Source of the DNA: Tubiluchus corallicola
Taxonomy: Eukaryota; Animalia; Priapulida
Assembly: GCA_030141605.1 (NCBI GenBank)
Contig: JAQGDQ010000376.1
Span: forward strand, 124,001-188,000
Reading direction: 5' to 3'
Length of the DNA stretch: 64,000 bases
In this document: piece after piece, positions 29,501 to 39,590 of the stretch
Layout: each line of letters begins with the position of its first letter
How positions within the stretch are numbered: position 1 is the first letter of the stretch
Made by a program: the position numbers and the translations under genes
Notes under the pieces: model-generated
Told to the model about the DNA's origin: nothing
Database searches by the model: none
What the model saw: only the letters and a program-made list of their open reading frames with translations

Positions 29501-32500
29501 ATGCCATTTGCTGATTTTGTAACAAATATCCCAGATGCAGACTTGCCGGGCAACTTCCATCAACAATTAGCAGAGACAATTGCAGCAATGCTGGGAAAAC
29601 CACCTGACGTATGGTTATGGTTTGTTATGTTGTATTTGGATCATTTATTATGTCGTATTTTTGCATTAGTAAAAATACAAATGTGATAGCTGCTGCAATA
29701 GATTACATTAATAATCTTGGACTACTGTTGCAATACCATTGTGCCTAGAAATTTTTGTACGCAAACAAAGAAACGTCTACGTCTTATGAGAGTTAATAAA
29801 CACCTTATAAAATGTCTAATTTGAGATCTAACAATTACTATTATTTTTGTAATAATATTCTGCGTCGTGTTCAATCGATTTTAATAAACAAGGAAAAACA
29901 AACTTACCAACTTGAAAAAATATTTTTGCACAATCTGTTGTTTTAGTCCCCTTCTTAGAATTCTTTTTTTGGAGTAACCAATTGTTTTAGCATCTCTCCT
30001 CACCGATATTTTTGTCGGTGTTTTCATTACTTTTAGGGTATGGTTTTTATGTAAAAATAATGAAATCTCTGATACAAAAATCAGTATCCAAATTTTTTTA
30101 TCTGGGAAACTAAAATGATAACTTGTCCTTTTTGGAAATCCACATCTCACTTTATTTCTGGAAACGTTTTAAATAAAGTTTGCTATAAAATTAGTTTTTT
30201 TCCTGAGCTCTGGTTTCGCAGTGCACAGTAAAAATGGCTCAGGAAAAAATGGCTCAAATGGAAAAGTACATAAAAATGGCACAAATGGATAAGTAATCAA
30301 AAGTGGCACATGTGTTTTTTGATGCATCTGTTTTCTATAATAAAACTAGAATGCGCTTAGTAGGAAGTAGCTCTGCTAAAACCGAACAATCCTACTCGTA
30401 TTCGTCTGTATCTTTTGATTAAAACATATTAGTGCAAAGATAAACAAGCAGACATACCAAAATGTACATGTGTATTTGTATTATATAGACCGGGGGTGTG
30501 CAAATTGCGGCCCGCGGGCCACTTGCGACCCGTGGAGAGAATTTGTGCGGCCCGTGAAGAGATTTGTCAACCTAATGAAAGTGCGGCCGTAGTAATGATA
30601 TACGCAGGTCGGTTGCAAAAAAAAACACGTTATTAGGCCTTTCTGTACTTGACTCCTTGATCAAACTGCCTGTGGCCCGCACGAATTATTGGAAAGTTTA
30701 ATGTGGCCCGGCTAGTCAGATAATTTGCACACCCCTGATATAGACTAAGAAAAGACTCAAAATACTTGTTCATTAATTGGGTTTATATTCAATAATGCAC
30801 GAATGCTCCACATAGTGTTTATCTACCTTTTTAATTTTTAATCCTTCATAATTTTTCTGAAGGAGACCCTGAAACTTTGTGCTGCTGGCTTCGCACATTT
30901 GACACTTAATTTTGCCCTCTCCCCACTTTTCAGAAGTGATATGTATTTATGACTACTGTCTGCTGACTTTGCAAAGTGCATATTGATTTATCTATAATGC
31001 AGTATCATTTAGCAGTTCTAGCCTCTTAGATATTGTTGTCACAGCAACACAAGGCTTGCTGTGTTAGCACTAAGATAGCTTTTCTTTGTTTTCTGTTTTT
31101 CAATTTTGTTCTTGTCAGCTGGTTTCTTTCTTTAAATTGCCTTGATAACGTTCCCATTGCACCCATGCCTGACTTGTTGCAAAATTTAATGATAATTGGC
31201 ACTAACAATTGACTGTCCTAGTATAAGTTTAAACATTTACCTGAAATTATGAACTTTTAATATTCTAATTCATTTTGCTTTCCACTAAATAGAGAGTGGT
31301 AGTGTCAGTAAGAGGAGGTGCAACGATGTGGAGAGGAGGAGAAAGACCAGCTGTTACAATGAATATCTACTCCTTCAATGTCTTTACTCCTGAAAAGAAT
31401 ATCGGGTATTCAAAAACTTTGCACGAATTTGTCACAACAAAGTTGGGTGTTCCCAGTGACAGGTATGTTATGCTTACATAGCTTAACATTATGGAAGTTG
31501 CACTATGTAAGAATTTTTTGTCACCAATGTTGTACATCATACTGTTTGTATATTGGGGTGTGATGTGTCACTGAAAATATTTTATGATGCAATGTCTCAA
31601 GACGTACAGGGAATGCAATAAAGTAACATGTAGCTAGAATATTTATAGGAGTACTCAGCCACTGTAAGCTTCTTTTTGGGCACTAATGGGCCTCACTGCA
31701 AGCTACCAATGTAATTACTGCATTTTAAGCCTTTTAGGACTTTCAGAAGCCAATTTTGGAACACTTTAATTTTTTTGTTTTCATTTGCCATTAATTTGTC
31801 AATTAACCACAATTTTGGCCTTGGCATATTACCAGTTGTCAGCCAAATGGACTAACAAGTTGTTTTTATTTTTTGTGGACCATTTAAGTGGTGAATATGG
31901 GAAACTTTTTAATTTATAATTATTGACAAAGTTCATACATCAGTTTTTGGTTATCATGGTATAAATTGTGCTGTGCACAGGGCCAGCTGTAGATAGTTTA
32001 AAGTCCTAGGCAGAAGTATTTTTAGCATCCCATCCTCAACGGCAACCTTTCTTCCATTGTTCCCACCACAACACCAAAATTGAATTTTTCTTGTATATTA
32101 TTACAATAAAGTATAACGTTACCTGTGTGTTAGGCTTTACATGTACTATAGTGCACTAACATGTTTTAGTGTAGATAACTAGCAATCTAGTTGAAATTGA
32201 ATTTATGATCCAATTGTATGCAATTTCTGCTACTATTGGCTAAATTTTTCTTCATCAGCCTTTTCACCAGAAAATTTTCAAAATACTAACTCGTCTTTTT
32301 CATGTATACATCCATTTCACTACATAGTCTTGTTGCGAATACTTTATTAGAGATTCATAATTTTTGCTGTTCAATGTTGCCACTTGCCATCTTTTTTACC
32401 TTTCATTTTTGAAAACTTCAAATCTCATAAGTTTATCTGCCTTAATTAGATAAGGGTTATTGTAAGAAACTTTTTTATTAGTGGAAAGATCAGCATTGTA

Positions 32501-33522
32501 AACACTTCCCTAGCTCTCCTGCTCTATGTGTGCAATAGAAATTGCAGGTAAAAAGCAGAGAAATGCAGTATAGTGTCTGAGTGAAATGATGAAATCTTAG
32601 AAGACCAGATAAAATAAAAATAACTGTGGGAAGTCACTTGCTAGTGTTGATGAATCGCCGAAAAATAACAAGAGTAGTTTGTCTGATTTAATTGAGGTGT
32701 TGTTATTACTTACGCCATAAAAATTAGACAATTACTTCCAGAAGTTTTCCGTCCTAGGCAATTGCCTAGTTTGCGTAGGTAGAGCCAGCCCTGGCTGTGC
32801 ATCAAGATTTGTAGACATCAGTGACAGCACAAAGAGAATTTTCATTGATATATCTCATGCATTTGCAAGCAGCTTCTTTCATAAGACAAGATGAGCCTAT
32901 AAAAATGGGTGTGGATTAATTTTCTTTTGTTGTCTAATAGGAGTGTGCATAATTTGTCAGTAATAATAATAATTATAATAACAGTGCCTGATTAATTAGT
33001 TGGCATTTGTGACCTTGGAGTTAATTTTGGCATTTTCAAACAATAAAATGACTATCATTAAAAATTTATTTCGAAGATTCTTTTTTTATTTATAGTATAT
33101 GAGAAGGGTGTTTCTTTGGGGCCGCATCTAAATTGTCCCATAATTAACCTTTGTAAACTTCTCTAAACTGCCTTACAAGTATTTAAATGGGAGTGCTATT
33201 ATTGTGAGAATTTGACAGAAAAGCTGTTGGTATATTCTATCGTTTAAAACTACACTAGCTTCCTTAGTTTATTAAAAATTTTATTAGGTGGTGAGTCTGG
33301 TGACACTAGTGCTATAACACAAGCATTAGTATATTATGCATGAGATGCAGACGTTTTCTCACAAGAATGAGGAAATACATAAGCTGGTGTTCCTTTAAAC
33401 TGTTGTGTTGAATTTTCAAGATACTAATTTTATTGTGTTTTAGGTTTTTGACAGTTTTCCACGATGTAAAACCAGAATTTGTGGCTTACAAAGGAACAAC
33501 TGCTGCAGAACTCTTCAAATAG
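29501..33522 (+). CDS. MIF: Macrophage migration inhibitory factor / D-dopachrome tautomerase family protein, 118 aa
   Basis: Exons 29501-29608, 31293-31462, 33444-33522, all AG/GT and in phase. Protein: MPFADFVTNIPDADLPGNFHQQLAETIAAMLGKPPDRVVVSVRGGATMWRGGERPAVTMNIYSFNVFTPEKNIGYSKTLHEFVTTKLGVPSDRFLTVFHDVKPEFVAYKGTTAAELFK. Catalytic Pro after Met, TN motif, GKP (Lys32), LGVPSDR and the family's three-exon layout. MIF versus DDT/MIF-2 orthology is not resolved. Confidence 0.92.
30226..30310. repeat. Short imperfect tandem sub-repeats (aaaaatggc(t/a)ca), probably a transposon end remnant
   Basis: About four copies of aaaatggctca / aaaatggcaca / aaagtggcaca. Confidence 0.5.
30491..30737. mobile_element. 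hAT-superfamily MITE, 247 bp, in MIF intron 1
   Basis: 16-bp TIRs CGGGGGTGTGCAAATT / AATTTGCACACCCCTG (one mismatch). Perfect 8-bp TSD ATATAGAC at 30483-30490 and 30738-30745. Internal GCGGCCCGCGGGCC / TGTGGCCCG sub-terminal motifs. Confidence 0.93.
31978..32793. mobile_element. Non-autonomous hAT-like DNA transposon, 816 bp, in MIF intron 2
   Basis: Termini CAGGGCCAGCTGTA and TAGAGCCAGCCCTG form an imperfect TIR. Perfect 8-bp TSD GCTGTGCA at 31970-31977 and 32794-32801. Sub-terminal GTCCTAGGCA near both ends. Confidence 0.85.
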
Positions 33523-36500
33523 AAATTGCATTTAAAGGTTGTTAAAAACTTGATATTCCAAGTGTGACTCATTACTAAAGTAGGTAATTTGGACAGGATA
33601 TATATTTTTGGACAGCGTAAGATGCACAGCATATATTGTAGCTCGGGTAGCATAGATAAAAAGTCTGTTATTGCTGAGATTAATTTTTGATAGTCTATAA
33701 ATTATTCTTAATAATGAAGCTATAATATAACTATAATAATTTATAATAATAGTTTTCTCAATCAATCAATGATGTAGCTCAATTGAGAAGTTTGGTTTCT
33801 CATTATTATTATTTAGAGCATTTTATAAATTGTTGTAGTTTTTAATGTAGGTTAATTGTGTGTGTAGCACCATTTATTTAAGTAATTATGTATATAGGCT
33901 CTGCAGGCCCTGTGAACCACTGTCTATCTAGGTTTTAGTTAAATCTGCATAATACACATTAAATTTTTAGCTTTGTAAACCACTAGTGGTCATTGCCAGA
34001 AGGTTAGGAAATGTAGACTGACAGCCCTTGTTTAGAACAAAATGAGAATTTCACATTTCTCAGCCACCAGAAAATATTTCAAGGCCACGTTAATACCGAC
34101 AAAGGTGTGTAATCAGATCCCTACATAAATACAGAAGGAACACTACCTTATCGCATTCTTTGGTCACTAAACCTACGTCATATCTTTGAATATTTTACTG
34201 CATTAGCAAGTGCAGCACTGAGTTTACAGATAAAAAATTATAAGAATAAAATAATCAGAAGACATTTTTTATTTAGCAAATTAGTCGAGTTAGTTGGAGT
34301 TACGTTCCTTTTTTAAATAGGCCTCCAGGACCTAACACAGGCCATTTTTCCATAAAAATGATAAATTTCAAGCCAGGTAACACACATTAAAAATATTTAG
34401 CATTAGCTGACTTTCTCATTTTTGCCTATATGAAATCGTGGAGAAAGTCTATACTATGGCAATAGCGGCCCTGGGGTGAGAGCACACCTCACTGGGTTGT
34501 AGTTACCATTATACTCAGAAGTAAGTGAAGTACAAAAAGCTAAATGACTTATAAAGACGATTAAAAAGATAATCATTTAAACACAGAAGATATATACTAG
34601 CTGCTGCATGGTAATAAGATATAACTAAATACCATATTTTTACACCCCATTTCTGGTGACCAAGGGTTCATTAGGATTTGATCATAAGTTCTATGCTTAG
34701 ATGCTACATGCAGTCTGGTCAAGTTTCTAATTCAAGTTGCTGCTGTTAATTATTATTGCAGATCTGGATCCACAAGAGACTGGTTTATACTTCTCTAGGT
34801 AGATGTTAAAATTTACTAAAGATACTAAACTAACCAAGTGGCAAGTGGCATTATCATTTTAAGTTCAACCTCCTCCACCTTATGGTGCCCTATGTATTTA
34901 GGCTATTGCCAAAATTGCATATTGTATTCTGTTCAGCTAGCACAGTTTGTGAGAAAAAATTTGATATTTTGGAATCTTATATATAGAAGTTTTTATTCGA
35001 ATAATGCTACAATGTACTATACGTTGTTATGTAGTTAGAGAAAATTATTTTCTAGTTGATTTATAAGAGAACGGCATGTTTTTTGCTTGTCTTTTGCTGA
35101 CAGAATTTGCTCAGCTGCTTGTTGCTGCAGGTCGTTAGTTAATAATCGATCATTGAAACTCTGCAATTAAAATTCCATTAAACTTTTTATTTTTACAATT
35201 TGTTGTTAATTACTTTTACCAGTGATAAAAATTTTGATAGTGCAGCATACTCGCTAGTTGTTTTTTGGAAATGCTTTTGAATTCATTGCGTGTTACAATT
35301 GTGCCTTGATGTAACTTAGTTATTGCTCGTGGTAGTTATTGCTCAAACTATGAATCATTTGTATGAACCAATAGCTTTTCTTTGTCTAATTTTTTGCTAT
35401 TTTTGACTGCATTGTTGATCAGCTTTGATACATATAATTTTCATAACAATCACCACAATGTCACTCCATTGAAAAAATTTAATTTTAAACACTAGAACTT
35501 AAAACAATCATCTTATAATTATAGTGCTTTTAATGATAGTACAATTCCACATCTTTAACAATATTTAGCACATGGGCAACTAACAAGAACTTTCTGAGTT
35601 AGAATGTCAGTTTTTTATTCTCTCTGTCTCTCGCACACACAGTCACACGCACAGGCACGGATGCACACGTGCACAATTTTGTAAAGTGTAAAGTGTTTCA
35701 TGAAAGTCTGTGACCTTCAATGTACTTGTTTTGCATTTGATTCACCAACCAAAAATTTGCAAAAAATATAATTTGCTTCAGAATACTCAAAGTAAATTTT
35801 GCTACACACTCATTCGTTGTAACAAGTTATCTGTAGTATTAATGTTCTGGTCGCACAGTTAATCTTGGTTAGTCTTAGGTAATAATTATCACAACACAAT
35901 GTACACGTTAAGAATGCCTAACAGTATCTCAAAAACAGATCATAGACAAAAAATCATGAGGCAAGTTCAAGTGCTCATACTATTGACTTGAGATTCACTT
36001 ATAATAACATCAATCATGTACTCCAAAAATTTTGACTGCAGCAATCTTAACTACCTGCGAAATAGCATCGATTTGTACCAGGAATATCAAACGCAACAGA
36101 CTCTTTGTTGCACTTTCATTCTCATGCAGCTGCAGTCTGAATAAATTTCATTAAAATGTTATCAAAGATGGCCCTTTGCTCAGCAACTTTCTAAAACTGA
36201 CCTGGATAAAGCAATTATTATAACTCTTTACCTCAATATTTTTTGACAACAAATTCATGATTTTTAACACTCATTGCTTAAATACACTATAATGATAATG
36301 TAACGATAACAGGTTAATGTCGAGTATTATAGGATTTCTAAATCTATACCCTATACTTGACTATAGATACTTCTGACATTATACTTAATACTTATTTTTA
36401 TATGCCAATTACTGAGTATTGTATACATTCTTGCTATAAGCTGACATTAAAACACAAAATAACTCATCTAAATTTATGCTACCTAAGGCCTAGCTACATC

Positions 36501-37053
36501 TAAACAATCGTATTATAAAGTAGTTAATGGTGAGTAGTAAACGCTGTATGCATATGAAATCTGAATAAGATATCAGAACAAGTGTCACACAACATACAAG
36601 AAAGAGTTAAATAACTTTACCAAGAACATACTTTTGTTACATACTTTTAAAAACGTGGCCCAAGTGGTGCGTTTTGTCACTCATTGTCATTGATGTGGAC
36701 AATCAAAGTGCAGTGTACCTTACTTATGTACTAGTCACTGGGATTACTTATTTTTGAAAAAAAATTATAAACAGTTTATAAACTATTAAGTACAATAACG
36801 ACTGGCCGGCCAGAGAAATGCGACAATTGACTAATTATTTCACTTTGTCTCAATAATGCTAGTTTCAAACAAACTTCACCGAACTTGTAATTGTAACATA
36901 TCAAGTTGATAGCATCATTCCTCCAAAGAAAAGTTTAAGTACAATGAAGATACAAGAAAATATTTTATGATTTGTTACCAATAGTATGAATAAATATGGG
37001 TATATAGCACATAGTAAACCTAATACTGTTAACAGAAAGCTTGTCATAGTCCA

Positions 37054-39546
37054 TTAAATGTGCGTAATCTCCACAAAGTCACTCTGTTCGTCAGCTGTTT
37101 CTTTTTTCTCAACACCATTAGCTTGTTCAGTTTTGCTAAACAGTTGCCAGGAATAATTAATTAGCAGTTCTATAGCACGGGTTTGGTACTGTGTTTCCTG
37201 TAAATAATGCAGGGGTTCACGTTCACAACTACGCAGCAGCGTTGGACCAAAAATTATGCCTAGGTTTTCTGCAGACATTTGATTTAAACCTCTATTGTTG
37301 TGAACCTTGTTCAGATGTAGAATCAATGCAGCTGTTGTTTTGTAGTTAGCTCCAGGCAGTTGGCCAGTGATTTTTTCAAGCTGCTGTAAGGTTTCTTCAT
37401 GTCTTGAGGTCTCCTCCTTGCCGTCATGAGGAAGCACTTGGCAAGGATAGTCCTTGGCTAGCTGTATGAAATCATCGTACAGCTTGTAAGTAAGCAGAGG
37501 TTCTGGAAGCTGGCGGAGATATAACTTGAGCACATTTGCTACGACAATTGGACTTACTGCTTCAATGTCAACGTCTGCGCTACCACTTTCAAACTCTTGA
37601 CACAAGTGTTCAACTTTGGATTTTACACCTGACAGTCTATATATGCCCTTCATGGCGAGACCTCTAGCATCAATATCAGCAATGCACTTCTCTACAATCG
37701 GGGGCACTTCTGTATGTGTTTGCTGCACATGAGCGCCAACATCAACACCGAATGTTGTCATCCGGCGATACAGACCTTTGTTGCCGCACTGTATGGCCAG
37801 TGTTTCCAAGCAATTCTTATGACAAGACAACCCACATTTTGTGCATTCATAACCTTGAAAAAATACGTAACTGTCACATTCTCTACACTTTGATGCTCTC
37901 TCTAATTTCTTGAAGGTGTGAGTGGCAGCAGCTCGAGACACAACAGTTAGACTCCGACCTTCGCCAGATTCTGCTTTTGGTAAGGGCTTGCTACTCCAAG
38001 GACTAGGAACTGGTGATCCATTACCAATGCTACTGTCACTCATGCTGTCTGTGTCACTCCAGTTTTTTCCATCTTTTTCACCAGGCATGTAACGTAAGTA
38101 CATAGGGAGTTGCTCCATTAGGTCACGCGAGTCATCTGATATTTTTGTGCGTGAATAAACACGACTGATTTCACTGTATGGTTCAAAAACAAACTTTTCC
38201 GGTTCCCTATTAGGCAAATTCACTGGCAGCTGTTTGACAAATTCCATATATTGGGATCCAGGCTCATATAATCGGGAACTCTCCCATAAAATTTGTAATT
38301 GAATGGGCACAGGTGTCGCCAGAGTGTTAAGCAGTTGAAAATAAGAAACGGTTACAGCTTTCATTGTTTGGTCACACTGGCAGATTAGCTCTCTTATATC
38401 TGACAGGATGTTTAATTTAATCTCATTCAGACCAGCATGTCGAAGATTTGCTTCAGCAACGCAAGCTTTGTACGTAGTTTCTGCTTCAGCAGCTTTATAG
38501 AGCATATCTTCTTCAACTTTCTTTTTCTTTTCGATCTTACTGCTGCTTTGTTCATCAGCTTTTTGCACTGCATCCCTTGCCTTTTCATACTCCTGCTGGC
38601 GTTGAATATATGCAGAACGAGCTTTTCTGAGATCGGTTGCCGCTTCTTGAAGTTTCTTCACCTCTTTCATCCAGGTGTCACGCAAGGTTTTACGAACTCT
38701 CTCGTGTTCGACAATTCGTGCTGCTAGCGGCTCTACAAACTTTTGTGTTCCTAGTAAATTATAACTAGCTTGACTCATACCAGCATGTTCAAAGTCTTGA
38801 TCCAAAGCCGTGCAGTAAATCGATTGAAAAGGCAGAAAGCTCTCTTCTTTGATCAATGGCTTTATCGTCTGTGACAGAGCTGACAATTTCTTGGCATGTT
38901 CTGTATCTATTTGTACACGCTTTTCAACAAATGTGATAATGTTTCGTGCATAACGAGTCCACACCTTTGCACGGTGAAGTGCTATCTCTACTCCATTGTC
39001 ACAAGCATGTAAACTGGCATCAACTTGCTCGCTGTTGAGAGAAGTACGTGTCACATCACTCTCTATGAGATTTTCATCAGAGGTAAATTTATTTGTCATC
39101 ATGTCTATGTCGCCAAGTAAGTATCCAGATAGTCGGCTGCTGAATGACAGTGCCAATTCATCAATACCTTGTAAGACTGCTGCTGCATCACTAGAACCAT
39201 TAACATAGGAATAAGCTTTGATAGCAGTGATAAGTTTGCCTGCAGAAGTCAGTATTCCTACAGACTGTATGGCATCATACTTCTGAAGGACATTCTTCAG
39301 TATAGACAACACTGCAGCTAAACCCTCATGAGCTTTGACTTTCATGAGGTCTGCCTCTCCTTTCTGCTGAAAAGTTGTTTTCAGTGCAGACAGTGCTTCT
39401 GAAAAACGCCGAACGCAATCGCTCAGCTGCTGAATGTCCTCTTGATCCACCATAGCAGCATCCGACGAATCTGTTCCTAAGCTAGAGATAGAACCAAACA
39501 TATTTGGAGTTTTGTTAGTATTAAACGTAGCTGTTGAGGAGTTCAT
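37054..39546 (-). CDS. Rho GTPase-activating protein of the ARHGAP29/ARHGAP45(HMHA1)/GMIP family, 830 aa, single coding exon
   Basis: N-terminal helical domain (DIQQLSDCVRRFSEAL), F-BAR region (GVEIALHRAKVWTRYARNIITFVEKR), C1 zinc finger (HTFKKLERASKCRECDSYVFFQGYECTKCGLSCHKNC), RhoGAP domain with arginine finger (GIYRLSG) and NQMSAENLGIIFGPTL. In-frame TAA three codons upstream of the ATG. Confidence 0.95.
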   Translation of the reverse strand: MNSSTATFNTNKTPNMFGSISSLGTDSSDAAMVDQEDIQQLSDCVRRFSEALSALKTTFQQKGEADLMKVKAHEGLAAVLSILKNVLQKYDAIQSVGILTSAGKLITAIKAYSYVNGSSDAAAVLQGIDELALSFSSRLSGYLLGDIDMMTNKFTSDENLIESDVTRTSLNSEQVDASLHACDNGVEIALHRAKVWTRYARNIITFVEKRVQIDTEHAKKLSALSQTIKPLIKEESFLPFQSIYCTALDQDFEHAGMSQASYNLLGTQKFVEPLAARIVEHERVRKTLRDTWMKEVKKLQEAATDLRKARSAYIQRQQEYEKARDAVQKADEQSSSKIEKKKKVEEDMLYKAAEAETTYKACVAEANLRHAGLNEIKLNILSDIRELICQCDQTMKAVTVSYFQLLNTLATPVPIQLQILWESSRLYEPGSQYMEFVKQLPVNLPNREPEKFVFEPYSEISRVYSRTKISDDSRDLMEQLPMYLRYMPGEKDGKNWSDTDSMSDSSIGNGSPVPSPWSSKPLPKAESGEGRSLTVVSRAAATHTFKKLERASKCRECDSYVFFQGYECTKCGLSCHKNCLETLAIQCGNKGLYRRMTTFGVDVGAHVQQTHTEVPPIVEKCIADIDARGLAMKGIYRLSGVKSKVEHLCQEFESGSADVDIEAVSPIVVANVLKLYLRQLPEPLLTYKLYDDFIQLAKDYPCQVLPHDGKEETSRHEETLQQLEKITGQLPGANYKTTAALILHLNKVHNNRGLNQMSAENLGIIFGPTLLRSCEREPLHYLQETQYQTRAIELLINYSWQLFSKTEQANGVEKKETADEQSDFVEITHI

Positions 39547-39590
39547 GACATCTTACTCCAGTCTTACTGCTATATATCAGATGCGAACAC

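Noticed and set aside
37716-39208. Plus-strand ORFs antisense to RhoGAP, and similar ORFs antisense to the NWD-like and PIKfyve exons
   Set aside because: Shadow ORFs of real coding sequence.
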